Source: Candidatus Undinarchaeota archaeon (lineage in GTDB: Archaea; SpSt-1190; JASMDC01). Taken from it: a DNA stretch of 64,000 bases. The notes beneath the pieces are model-generated. The model saw only the letters and a list, made by a program, of their open reading frames with translations, was not told the DNA's origin and searched no databases. Shown here piece by piece: positions 16,857 through 25,855 of the stretch. Numbering within the stretch: the first letter of the stretch is position 1; every line of letters starts with the position of its first letter. The DNA is taken from contig CAZFHY010000010.1 of the NCBI GenBank assembly GCA_964519305.1, positions 64,001 through 128,000 on the forward strand. Direction: 5' to 3'. The translations under genes and the position numbers were made by a program.

Positions 16857-19319
16857 CTAGGCGGTCGCCTCAGCGCCCTCAGGCGCTCCCTCGCTCGACG
16901 TCTCATCCTCTTTCTTCGTGATCTGGAAGTGGAAGAGAGACCTCGTCGACTGCCAGCGGATCCCGCTCTGCATCCCCTGGTACATGTTGAACGCCTCGGT
17001 CTGGTACTCGATGAACGGGTCCTTCTGAGCATAGGCCCTAAGGTGTACACCGCGCTTCATCTCATCCATACCCAGGAGGTGGTCCTTCCACGACATGTCA
17101 GCAGAGTGCAGAAGGACCTGTCGCTCCACCTGTCGGATGACATCCGTCCCTATCTCGGCCTCGCGTTCGTGGTAGCGTCGCATGGCCTCGTTCGTGAGGT
17201 TCTCGGTCAGCTCGTCAGCGTTCTTGACCGAGGCCACGTTGAGGTCGGCCACGTCGATGCCGAAGAGCGCCTGACAGTTATACGCGAACTGCTTCTGAAG
17301 GAACTCGTTCTCCCACTGGTGGGGCTTGGGGCCCTCGGCGGCGAACGATTCCACGACCTCCTCTGCCGTCCGCTCGATGACGTTGTACACGTCCTGCTGC
17401 AGGTCAGGCCGCTCGAGGATGACGTTGCGGTCCTCGTAGAAGATCTCCCGCTGCGTGTTCATGACCTCGTCGTACTTCAGCAGGTTCTTGCGCATCTCGA
17501 AGTGCATGCCCTCGACCTTGACTTGGGCTTGTCGGACGACCTTGTCGATGAGCTTGCCCGACAGCGGCTCGTCCTTGTGGGCGCCTGAGAAGTACTTCTC
17601 CATGTTCTCCGGTCCGTAGAACCGTAGAAGTTCGTCCTCAGCGGACAGGTAGAACCGGCAGGAACCAGGATCTCCCTGGCGACCCTCGCGTCCCAGGAGC
17701 TGGTCGTCGATGCGACGCGAGTCGTGGCGCTCGGTGCCGATGACATGGAGACCTCCGATGTCGGCCACGCCTTCTCCGAGCTTGATGTCGGTACCGCGAC
17801 CGGCCATGTTAGTGGCGACGGTCACTGCACCCTTCTGCCCGGCCCGGCCAATTATGTCGGCCTCCTGCTTATGGTGTTTGGCGTGGAGCACCTGGTGGTC
17901 GATGCCGCGGGCGATGAGCATATCGCTCAGGTGCTCGGACACATCGATGGAACGGGTGCCAACGAGCACGGGGCGGCCTGCCTCGTGCTGGGCCACGATG
18001 TCGTCAACGATCGCGTCGTACTTCTCCTCGGCTGTGCGGTACACCAGGTCGGGCTGGATGTCCCGCTGCATGGGCTCGTTCGTCGGTATCTGGGAGACGT
18101 CCATGCCATAGAGGGAGATGAACTCGCCCTCCTCGGTCTTTGCGGTCCCGGTCATGCCCGAGACGCGGTCGTACATCCGGAAGAAGTTGGGGAACGTGAT
18201 GGAAGCGTAGGTCTGGGAAGGCTCGCGGACCTTCATTTCGGTCTTCCCGGTGGCTAGAAGGTCGTTGTTGGCCTCTTTCGCCTCCAGGGCCTCGTGCAGC
18301 CCGGCCTCGTACCGCCTGCCGTGCATGAGGCGACCGGTGAACTCGTCGACGATTAGCAGCTCACCGTCCGAGACTACGTAGTTCTTGTCCTTTGTGAAGA
18401 GCGAGTGGGCGGCGATGCACTGGCGTGCCGAGTGGTAGAGATGCATGGTCCGCTCGTCCGTGGGCGAGTCCACCCCGAGGGCCTTGGCCAGCTTGTCATC
18501 CCCGCGCTCCGTGAAGAATACGATATGGTCCTTCTCGTGCACCTCATAGTCGCGCCCGGGTTCGAAGTCGCGGACGATACGGTCCATGATGAGGTACTCG
18601 CGGGCAGAGGTGCCCGTGCGTCCAGAGATGATGAGAGGAGTTCTCCCCTCGTCGATGAGGATGGAGTCGACCTCGTCGATGATAGCATAATGCATGCCCC
18701 GCATGACCCGGTCCTCGGGCCGGCGGACCATGTTGTCTTTGAGATGGTCGAATCCGAACTCGTTGTTCGTCCCGTAGGTGATGTCCGACTGGTATGCCGC
18801 CCTGCGGTCCTCGGGGGACTGGTCGTGCTGGATGGTACCGACGGACATCCCCATGAACTCGTAGACCGGAGCCATCTCCTCGGCGTCGCGACCGGCCAGA
18901 TAATCGTTGGCGGTGATGACGTGGACGCCCTTTCCTTCCAATGCATGGAGGTACCCGGAGAGGGTCGCCACCAGTGTCTTGCCCTCACCGGTCTGCATCT
19001 CGGCGATGCGGCCCTCGTGGAGGATCACGCCGCCCTTGACCTGGACGTCGTAATGGCGCATCCCGGTCACGCGGCTGCTCGCCTCGCGCACAGCAGCATA
19101 GGCCTCGGGCATGAGGTCGTCCAGGCTCTCGCCCTCCGCGTATCTATCCCGGAACTCGTTGGTCTTGCCTGCGAGCTCCTCGTCCGAGAGTGCCGCCATC
19201 TCGTCAGCGTAACCGTTGACCTCATCGACGATGTCGTCCAGACGCCGCTGCTCGCGATGGCTGTAGGAGAAGAAGGACTTCACGCCGTCGTAGAATCGAT
19301 CGAGCAACCCGTCCTCCAT
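16857..19319 (-). CDS. secA: Preprotein translocase ATPase SecA (no C-terminal Zn-binding tail)
   Basis: EMQTGEGKT, YLAGRDA, IIDEVDSILIDEGRTPLIISG, GMTGTA, ATNMAGRGTDI, RRIDDQL.GR.GRQGDPG, AYAQKDP. Confidence 0.95.
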   Translation of the reverse strand: MEDGLLDRFYDGVKSFFSYSHREQRRLDDIVDEVNGYADEMAALSDEELAGKTNEFRDRYAEGESLDDLMPEAYAAVREASSRVTGMRHYDVQVKGGVILHEGRIAEMQTGEGKTLVATLSGYLHALEGKGVHVITANDYLAGRDAEEMAPVYEFMGMSVGTIQHDQSPEDRRAAYQSDITYGTNNEFGFDHLKDNMVRRPEDRVMRGMHYAIIDEVDSILIDEGRTPLIISGRTGTSAREYLIMDRIVRDFEPGRDYEVHEKDHIVFFTERGDDKLAKALGVDSPTDERTMHLYHSARQCIAAHSLFTKDKNYVVSDGELLIVDEFTGRLMHGRRYEAGLHEALEAKEANNDLLATGKTEMKVREPSQTYASITFPNFFRMYDRVSGMTGTAKTEEGEFISLYGMDVSQIPTNEPMQRDIQPDLVYRTAEEKYDAIVDDIVAQHEAGRPVLVGTRSIDVSEHLSDMLIARGIDHQVLHAKHHKQEADIIGRAGQKGAVTVATNMAGRGTDIKLGEGVADIGGLHVIGTERHDSRRIDDQLLGREGRQGDPGSCRFYLSAEDELLRFYGPENMEKYFSGAHKDEPLSGKLIDKVVRQAQVKVEGMHFEMRKNLLKYDEVMNTQREIFYEDRNVILERPDLQQDVYNVIERTAEEVVESFAAEGPKPHQWENEFLQKQFAYNCQALFGIDVADLNVASVKNADELTENLTNEAMRRYHEREAEIGTDVIRQVERQVLLHSADMSWKDHLLGMDEMKRGVHLRAYAQKDPFIEYQTEAFNMYQGMQSGIRWQSTRSLFHFQITKKEDETSSEGAPEGAEATA

Positions 19320-19345
19320 CAAGTTGGCCTCGGCCCCGTACGGCC

Positions 19346-19360
19346 TTAATAAAGGTTTCT
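19346..19360 (-). promoter_or_regulatory. BRE/TATA promoter of secA
   Basis: Minus strand AGAAACC-TTTATTAA, 27 nt upstream of ATG 19319. Confidence 0.6.
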
Positions 19361-19394
19361 CTGCGGGGGACTGGAAAACGGCATACGTAGGTCC

Positions 19395-20018
19395 TCACCC
19401 CCCCAGAATCGGCTGGACGTCCGACACCTTATCGAACGCGTACCCACCATCCTCGGGGCCCCAGACCTGTTCGTCTCGCTCGTTGTAACCCCGGTCCCAG
19501 GCGTACATCCCGCTCTCGTCGATGACAAGCTCGGTCGTGGCGTACACGGCCCCGCCATAGCTGTTCTCGCACTCCTTGCCCCGGGTACCACCCACGAAGG
19601 CGTCGTTCTCCCGGTGGAGGTAGACGACGTTCCCGCGGAAGCCCTCCAGGTCATCGGTTGTGAGGTCGCGGGCCAGCCTACCGTCCTCCCATGTGCCGAC
19701 GAGCTCCTCGCCGTCCCGGATGCGGTAGATGTGGCTCTCGAGGGTACCGTCATCACCGGAAGTCAGCCGGTACGCCCGCTGACGGTAGGGGGAGCCCTCC
19801 ATTCCGGCCATGGCCTGCTCGACGTAGACCCAGTGGTCACTGTCGCTACCACCCTCTACCTCGATGGGGAGCATCTTGAGGCGGATGTCGTAGTAGCTGG
19901 GGTCCTTTTCGGACTGTCGCTGGCTGGAGAACTCGCCCGTCATCCACGCATGGAGCGTGTCGAGGTCGTTCCTCCCTTCGTTCACTTCAGGCACCATGGT
20001 CCCGATATTCCGTGCCAC
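19395..20018 (-). CDS. CpcT/CpeT lyase-family (lipocalin-like) protein
   Basis: WMTGEFSSQRQ, YVEQA, PYRQR.Y and WDRG...EQVWG signatures. Confidence 0.8.
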   Translation of the reverse strand: MARNIGTMVPEVNEGRNDLDTLHAWMTGEFSSQRQSEKDPSYYDIRLKMLPIEVEGGSDSDHWVYVEQAMAGMEGSPYRQRAYRLTSGDDGTLESHIYRIRDGEELVGTWEDGRLARDLTTDDLEGFRGNVVYLHRENDAFVGGTRGKECENSYGGAVYATTELVIDESGMYAWDRGYNERDEQVWGPEDGGYAFDKVSDVQPILGG

Positions 20019-20022
20019 TCGA

Positions 20023-20403
20023 TCAGAACCTTATCCTGAAGAGCGGGACCGCATGCGGGGCCCGGGGGTCGCTGTCCCACCTGTAGACTTCCAGGTCCAC
20101 GCCGGGCGACTCGCCCCTAGTGATATCGAGGTCCACTCCGATGCCCTCTTGTGGCATGTTGTCCATGTCGATCGTCTCGAGGTCGCTGGCATACACCGGG
20201 GCCTCGGCCTTCTCGACATAGGTGTTCGTCTCTTGCGTCATTACGCTCCCGGCCATGGCACCGACGCCCACCAGGAGACCGGCCGCAAGAGCACCTCCGG
20301 CCAGACCGTAGGTGGAAAGGTCGTCTGCCGCAGTATATCCGTCGGCCATCACCGCCGAGGCGGTTCCGGTCGTCTCAAGTTCTTCCATGTACATCATGAT
20401 CAC
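20023..20403 (-). CDS. Small membrane-anchored protein with an ELET-type acidic leader
   Basis: MYMEELETTG..ADGY..ADDL followed by a Gly/Ala TM; GGAGTGA RBS-like sequence. Confidence 0.7.
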   Translation of the reverse strand: MIMMYMEELETTGTASAVMADGYTAADDLSTYGLAGGALAAGLLVGVGAMAGSVMTQETNTYVEKAEAPVYASDLETIDMDNMPQEGIGVDLDITRGESPGVDLEVYRWDSDPRAPHAVPLFRIRF

Positions 20404-20440
20404 TCCTTTCAGTTCTTACAGTATGATATCGTTCGCGGCC

Positions 20441-20980
20441 TCATCGGATACGGAAGTCGAATCCGGGGATACGGATCCGGATGTCAACATCGCTCTGCTC
20501 GTAGGAGGGGTGGCTGTCAGGGGCCAAAGGGTCCGAACCGAACCCGAGCTCGTCCATGTCGGTGTAGCCGTCGTGATCGGTGTCGAACCAGTTCGGGTCC
20601 GTACCGAGCTCCATGACCTCAACACGGTCACTGATGCCGTCAGCGTCGGAGTCCCATTCCAACGTGCTCGTCCTGTACACACTGAGCTCCTTCGAGTCAG
20701 CGAGGCCGTCGTTGTCCGCGTCGGGTACGCCCCGGGCGTAGTCCATGCTGTCGATGAGCCCATCGCCGTCAGTGTCGGCGCTGAAGGGGTTGTTCCCGGT
20801 GACGATATCCTTGGCGGTCGAGTAGCCATCCTTGTCGAAGTCTACCGCGAGCACACCCGTGAGGGCGCCCACGGCTCCCAGGAGGGCGAGCCCCCGACCG
20901 TCCATATCGTCCGTGCTGCTGTATGCGTCGGCGGCCGATGCGCCGTAGCTTCCGTTCGTCTCAAGCTCGTATGCGATCAT
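20441..20980 (-). CDS. ELET-leader protein with Ca-binding TSP3-like (DxDxDG) repeats
   Basis: Start at ATG 20980 (MIAYELETNG); DTDGDGL, DADNDGL, DSDADGI and DTDHDGY repeats with GxDP. Confidence 0.75.
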   Translation of the reverse strand: MIAYELETNGSYGASAADAYSSTDDMDGRGLALLGAVGALTGVLAVDFDKDGYSTAKDIVTGNNPFSADTDGDGLIDSMDYARGVPDADNDGLADSKELSVYRTSTLEWDSDADGISDRVEVMELGTDPNWFDTDHDGYTDMDELGFGSDPLAPDSHPSYEQSDVDIRIRIPGFDFRIR

Positions 20981-21017
20981 GTCCGGCCCTGCCCCTTGTC
21001 CCCTTTTTATACCTTTC

Positions 21018-21049
21018 TTTGGTATACCTAATATATTGGGACTGCCTAA
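21018..21049. promoter_or_regulatory. Tandem DtxR-like operators
   Basis: TTTGG-TATA-CCTAA (21018-21031) and TTGGG-ACTG-CCTAA (21036-21049), 18 bp period. Confidence 0.6.
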
Positions 21050-21130
21050 TATATAGGGCTCTGAGCACAGCTTACCGACATACACAGTAATGTTAGGGGA
21101 TACGAATACATGCAGAGCCGATGAACGGCA

Positions 21131-22102
21131 TCATGCGTCTTCGGAGAGGGCCCAGCACCGGTCGAAGTACTCGATGAGCACCGGGATCAGAACGTTGCCT
21201 GTGGAGCTATGCCACCAGGGAGCGTCGTCGCCAAGCTCCACATCGATGAACGGCAGGCCCTCGGCCTTGAAGGCCAGATCCCGAACACGCCCTTCGGCCA
21301 TCGAATCGCCTGAGATCACCAGCTCACCATCCCCCCATGAGACAGATGCCCGCTTGACGGGGAAGTCGATCTCAATGAAGGGGAGCACCGGACGCTTCTC
21401 CGCGATGTAATAGGTCGCCGAGGCGGGCTCGTGGATTTCGTTGTCGTATTTCACGTCGAATACCTCGGTCACCCTGCCCTTCGGCCCGCGATACAGGAAC
21501 GACATGGACATGTGCGAGTCGCCATCCCGATCCCTGAATAAGTGATGGAACTCGTGGACCGTGAAGGAACCCTTGGTATAGCTGGTCGCCCGTAGGGGGA
21601 CCGCTGGGTGATTCACCAGGTTCTGGACTAGGGGTACACCCAGAGCAGGATGGCGCTCAAGGCCTCGTGCCACTTTCTCCGGATCACGGAGCCGCCAGCG
21701 CGCATAGGATGGCTGGGCGGCGTGCCGCAGCTTGAATGTGACGTCGTAACCATATATCCCATCGGTCTCGTCGTCCACGGCGACCAGATAGTGATGATAG
21801 GGCGATGGGAACACGGTGCGCTCCTCGACCAGATATGCGTTCTCGATGCCCGCGGCCTTGGCGAGCGAGAGCCAGACCAGGGATTGCTCAAGGCAGTTCC
21901 CCTCGCCTTGGGCAACGCACTCTTCCACTGAGCGGAGCCGGTACGGATCATCTGTCTTCAGCAGCTCCTCGTAGCCGTATTGGACGTTCTCCAAGACCCA
22001 GTCGTAGATGATATCTGCCTTCTCCCCATCGTCCATGTCCTGTGTAACAAGGGATTCGATGATTGGTTTGACTGACTCGGGATCCAGGTACTGTCCGTCC
22101 AA
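21131..22102 (-). CDS. Transglutaminase-like (Cys-His-Asp) protein
   Basis: IYDWV, GEGNCLEQS, HHY and YDVT motifs. Confidence 0.75.
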   Translation of the reverse strand: MDGQYLDPESVKPIIESLVTQDMDDGEKADIIYDWVLENVQYGYEELLKTDDPYRLRSVEECVAQGEGNCLEQSLVWLSLAKAAGIENAYLVEERTVFPSPYHHYLVAVDDETDGIYGYDVTFKLRHAAQPSYARWRLRDPEKVARGLERHPALGVPLVQNLVNHPAVPLRATSYTKGSFTVHEFHHLFRDRDGDSHMSMSFLYRGPKGRVTEVFDVKYDNEIHEPASATYYIAEKRPVLPFIEIDFPVKRASVSWGDGELVISGDSMAEGRVRDLAFKAEGLPFIDVELGDDAPWWHSSTGNVLIPVLIEYFDRCWALSEDA

Positions 22103-22131
22103 GGCGGTCTTAAAAATTTAGGCGTGCTTAA
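22100..22131. promoter_or_regulatory. Tandem DtxR-like operators overlapping the start of the transglutaminase-like gene
   Basis: CAAGG-CGGT-CTTAA (22100-22113) and TTAGG-CGTG-CTTAA (22118-22131), 18 bp period. Confidence 0.55.
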
Positions 22132-22174
22132 TAATATTCCCTTTGGACACGTCGACTGTGTTCTGGTGCTCAAG

Positions 22175-22210
22175 GAAAAGTTTAAGTATGCCTAACTTAG
22201 GTGGCCCTAA
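22175..22210 (+). promoter_or_regulatory. BRE/TATA with tandem DtxR-like operators
   Basis: GAAAAG-TTTAAGTA promoter; TTAAG-TATG-CCTAA (22182-22195) and perfect TTAGG-TGGC-CCTAA (22197-22210). Confidence 0.7.
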
Positions 22211-22259
22211 CTCAAACCGCAAGGAACGCGGACCGGATGATTATCGAAGGTGATCTGAA

Positions 22260-22715
22260 ATGTTCGAAATGGAACTCGAGTCGGAAGGGTACGGTGCTAC
22301 CAACACCACGCAGGCCTATGGACAGGTGGATGACCTGAACCTCAGGGGTGCCGCCGTGGGTGCAGCTATCGGGGGTGCCGTCGGATTTGGCATGGCAGGC
22401 CTCGCCGGTTACGGCCTGGCAAACCACATCAGTGATCACTATCTTCAGGACGTCGGCCCTCTGCCGCAAGTGCTCCTTGAGGTGGACGCTACCATCGCCG
22501 GCCTCTACGTGCTCGGCGTGCCATTCGCTATCGGTGGCGCGCTGACCGCTGGTGCAGCCGGTGCTACCTCCACCCTATTCAGGGGCGAGGAGGAGGCACC
22601 TAACGATGGTGCGGCCTACGACTGGAACGGTGAGCAGGACCTCGACCGTGTCCCCCTCCGGCGCCAGGTACGGTACACGTATCCTCGCAGAGACGCGAAC
22701 GAACTGGACTGGTAA
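22260..22715 (+). CDS. Glycine-zipper membrane protein with an ELES-type acidic leader
   Basis: MFEMELESEG..QAY..DDL, then GAAVGAAIGGAVGFG and a second TM; AAGGTGA RBS. Confidence 0.72.
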   Translation: MFEMELESEGYGATNTTQAYGQVDDLNLRGAAVGAAIGGAVGFGMAGLAGYGLANHISDHYLQDVGPLPQVLLEVDATIAGLYVLGVPFAIGGALTAGAAGATSTLFRGEEEAPNDGAAYDWNGEQDLDRVPLRRQVRYTYPRRDANELDW

Positions 22716-22725
22716 CGGGATACCT

Positions 22726-24279
22726 GTGTACGAGCCCGAAGGGGACGGACAGTTGGAGGAGAGGCCTGAGGACGGAGAGAATCCGGTCGGGCAAGTCCTT
22801 ACCTACCAGAACCCTATCGACTATACGGTCACACATGACCTATTATCGCAGGATCCCGCATACTGTATGATGACGTTCGAGATGTATCGGCCCCTGTCGG
22901 ACGCGCTGGGCTTCCCGATCGCCAGCGATATGACACTCAGTGCCACGTACCATCCTGATCCATATGATCCGCCCCCGGGACAATCCCTTACTTTCGACCG
23001 CGTCACCCTCGCTAAGAAGCCTGGGGCCGCATGGCTCACCCCTGTGGACCTGGACGGTGACGGGTACGACGAACTGGTGCTCTCCACCCTCTTCGAAGGG
23101 CTCGCAGTGGCCATCCCCCCTATCGGGAACGGAGGGGCGTACATACTCTCAAGAGATGGCGGAGCATCGACGGACGACTCCATCGGCCAGTGGTCGGTCG
23201 ATCCGCTCTTCACGCCCAAGGACGGGATCGGCTTCCCGAACAGTCCGGTCCTCATGGATGTGGACAACGACGGTGTGGAGGACATAGTGGTCCCGTGCGG
23301 TTTCCTCCTAAAACCAACCGGTCGGATCGTGTGGATGAAGGGCGAACCGGTCGACGGTCAGCTCACCTACGGCCCACCACAGGACATCCCCATCCCGGAC
23401 AGCTCCCGCTGGTACCATGCCATCGTACCGGCGGACCTCACCGGCAATGGCCGTATGGACTTCGTCACCACCAACCACGACGGAACGCTCCTATCCCCGG
23501 GCACCAGCAAGGTGGAATGGTTCGAGAACGTGGGCGGTCCTGGTGAGGCCAGGTTCGTCCACCACCATATCGCGGATAGGGGCGGATCCCACCTTGCCCT
23601 CTACGATATGACCGGTAATGGTAAACAGGACATCATCCTCCCCCAATACTTCGATGGCCCGTCGCTCATATGGCTCGAACAGCCCGATACTCCCGACAGT
23701 GACTGGAAGGAGCACGTCATCAACGACACCACCGGTAGAGGATTCGGGATCGAGGTCGTCGATATCGATGGTGACGGTAGACCGGAACTTGTCTACGGCA
23801 ACCACAACCACCAAGGTGCAGCCGATCCCGCTCACCGGACCATGGGTGTGTACTGGTTCGATATCCCCGCCCCCTCCGAGGTCCGCGACCTCAATAACTG
23901 GGACGACCATATGCATGTAGTCCATGAGGGTTTCCATGTCCGTGCCCGGGATCCCAATGCCAACGCCGCTCCAGGGGTCGTGCACGTGGGGGACGTCACC
24001 GGGAACGGTAGGATGGACATCACCGTGTCAGGTGACGGGGACGACGGGCTTTACATATTCACACAGCAGGACGACGGCACTTTCGAGAAGGTTGTTGTCG
24101 ATCGTCAGCCCATGTCCGGCGACCATCACCTGATGGACGTCAACGGGGATGGACGGATGGACGTGGTATGGACCGTGTTCGGGGAGGTCGGCCTCCGCGG
24201 CCCGCGTTCAATGGTGTACGCCTACATCCAGAAAGAGAACGGACAAGCAGACAATGAAAAGAGTAGTGACAAGGAGTGA
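22726..24279 (+). CDS. FG-GAP/VCBS repeat beta-propeller protein
   Basis: Seven DxxGxGxxD-type repeats (DLDGDGYDE, DVDNDGVED, DLTGNGRMD, DMTGNGKQD, DIDGDGRPE, DVTGNGRMD, DVNGDGRMD); probable GTG start 22726 (MYEPEGDG). Confidence 0.85.
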   Translation: MYEPEGDGQLEERPEDGENPVGQVLTYQNPIDYTVTHDLLSQDPAYCMMTFEMYRPLSDALGFPIASDMTLSATYHPDPYDPPPGQSLTFDRVTLAKKPGAAWLTPVDLDGDGYDELVLSTLFEGLAVAIPPIGNGGAYILSRDGGASTDDSIGQWSVDPLFTPKDGIGFPNSPVLMDVDNDGVEDIVVPCGFLLKPTGRIVWMKGEPVDGQLTYGPPQDIPIPDSSRWYHAIVPADLTGNGRMDFVTTNHDGTLLSPGTSKVEWFENVGGPGEARFVHHHIADRGGSHLALYDMTGNGKQDIILPQYFDGPSLIWLEQPDTPDSDWKEHVINDTTGRGFGIEVVDIDGDGRPELVYGNHNHQGAADPAHRTMGVYWFDIPAPSEVRDLNNWDDHMHVVHEGFHVRARDPNANAAPGVVHVGDVTGNGRMDITVSGDGDDGLYIFTQQDDGTFEKVVVDRQPMSGDHHLMDVNGDGRMDVVWTVFGEVGLRGPRSMVYAYIQKENGQADNEKSSDKE

Positions 24280-24282
24280 TAC

Positions 24283-25044
24283 ATGATGGAGACCGAAGAC
24301 ATGCTCACTAATGATACGAAAAAGACCGGGATTGACACACAAACGGTGTTGGGGGACCCTCGGGCGGCCAGGTTCGTGGAGGACCTTGTGCTGTACTCGA
24401 AGCACACGTTAGATCCATCATTGCTCGAGTTGGATGGAGGTTCGCGATCAGCAGAGGGCCTCCCGCCGGTCAACGAGAGCAACATCGTAGAGCTCATCGA
24501 GTTCTACCGCATGGACCCAGAGCGGGTTAACGGTTTCTTCGAATCCCTGTACGAGGCCCATGAGGGCGATCCGGATGCCCGGGGTTACCTCCACGCTGCG
24601 TACGGCATCGTGGGCGGGAAGGCCGGGCAGGTCGACCGGATAGAGATGCGGTACAAGGAAGGGGTTGAACAGCTGCTCCGTCAGTATGACAGCGAGCTCA
24701 CCGAGATCATCGACTGGATGGACAACATGGACAGCAGGAGCCCCTATCTCGGCCTGCTGACCGGTGTTAGCGCGAGCACTGTGTTCGGGTACATCACCGA
24801 TCATGGAGCGGGAGTGACCGCTGCCGTTGCCGCAGGTCTGGCCCTTGGAGGAACGCTCCTGGGATACATGATCCCCCACGCTTGGGGCAACCACCGCATA
24901 GCTGTCGGCTGGAAGCGCATCACGTCAGAGACCGAGCGAATCGACGGACAGTTCTGCGAGCGAAGAGAAGAGCTCTACGAGCGTGCCGTAGAGAACATCG
25001 GTCAACTCCGGGGCGAGTACGACCTCGAAGAGATTATCTGCTGA
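24283..25044 (+). CDS. Hypothetical protein with a hydrophobic hairpin flanked by helical/coiled segments
   Basis: GGAGTGA RBS; two adjacent hydrophobic segments around residues 155-200. Confidence 0.7.
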   Translation: MMETEDMLTNDTKKTGIDTQTVLGDPRAARFVEDLVLYSKHTLDPSLLELDGGSRSAEGLPPVNESNIVELIEFYRMDPERVNGFFESLYEAHEGDPDARGYLHAAYGIVGGKAGQVDRIEMRYKEGVEQLLRQYDSELTEIIDWMDNMDSRSPYLGLLTGVSASTVFGYITDHGAGVTAAVAAGLALGGTLLGYMIPHAWGNHRIAVGWKRITSETERIDGQFCERREELYERAVENIGQLRGEYDLEEIIC

Positions 25045-25050
25045 GCCGGC

Positions 25051-25854
25051 CTAGATGCCATCCCCTCTCTCGGCCTCCTTCAGCTTCTTGAAGTAGGTCC
25101 AGCTCGTCTCGTTGGGCGTTGTGAAGGTGTCAGGTGCGTGCTCGAACTTCGGCGCCTGTGCGCGCACTTCGTCCTTTATGCGCTGTGGGAGGTCCTCGAA
25201 GCCACATTCCAGCTTGTGGCCCCGACAGTGGTACACCAGCTGTCCTGGCCGATCGCCCATGCCCATCCAGGGCAGCCACTGTCCCGTCCGCGTCCAGCTG
25301 AACGTCATGGGTACGCTGTCCAAGTCATCGTTCTCCAGCTCGTCCTTTCGCACGATGAAGTTGAACAGCTCGGCCGACTCGTACATGTCGCTCTGGGCGT
25401 TGTCAGGGTACTCGTCGCGGGTGAGGGGCGAGGGATAGCGGAGGAACATCTCCGCATGCCAGGCGACGTCATCCCCCAGGTCTGTGGTGGGCACCTTGAA
25501 GTAGGTCTCTCCAAACTCCATGTTCACGGGATCGTTCCACACATGGACCACGTCCTCCCGCCGGCCGGTGTAGGGATTGCTCCACGTATCAAGGAGCTCA
25601 TCGGTGTGCGGATCGTAGTAGAAGGACACCTCGCGGGTGAGCAGCTGGTAGACGCCGTTCACCTTCTCGACGCGGGCGATGTTGTACCCCTCGAAGTGGA
25701 AGAGACGATCGGCTGTCATGTCAGGACGCTTGGCATAGACCTCACCCGACCAGTAGGTGACGACCTCGCTGCCGTCGAGAGATGCCCGTGTGCGCAGGAA
25801 GTCGTGGAGGTTCCCTGCTGAACCCTCAAGGTCATAGTGGTCCATCGCGTCCAT
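25051..25854 (-). CDS. DUF1838 family protein
   Basis: YWSGEVYA, LF.FEG.N, RE..YYDP.T.E, WSNPYTG, HVWNDPVN, WLPWM.MG. Confidence 0.8.
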   Translation of the reverse strand: MDAMDHYDLEGSAGNLHDFLRTRASLDGSEVVTYWSGEVYAKRPDMTADRLFHFEGYNIARVEKVNGVYQLLTREVSFYYDPHTDELLDTWSNPYTGRREDVVHVWNDPVNMEFGETYFKVPTTDLGDDVAWHAEMFLRYPSPLTRDEYPDNAQSDMYESAELFNFIVRKDELENDDLDSVPMTFSWTRTGQWLPWMGMGDRPGQLVYHCRGHKLECGFEDLPQRIKDEVRAQAPKFEHAPDTFTTPNETSWTYFKKLKEAERGDGI

Positions 25855-25855
25855 C

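Noticed and set aside
19395-20018. CpcT/CpeT as evidence of phycobiliproteins or phototrophy
   Set aside because: No phycobiliprotein or bilin genes are present, and the family also occurs in non-phototrophs.
20023-22715. ELET leaders as RiPP or bacteriocin precursors
   Set aside because: No modifying enzymes or peptidase-ABC exporter are nearby, and the leaders precede sizeable domains rather than short cores.
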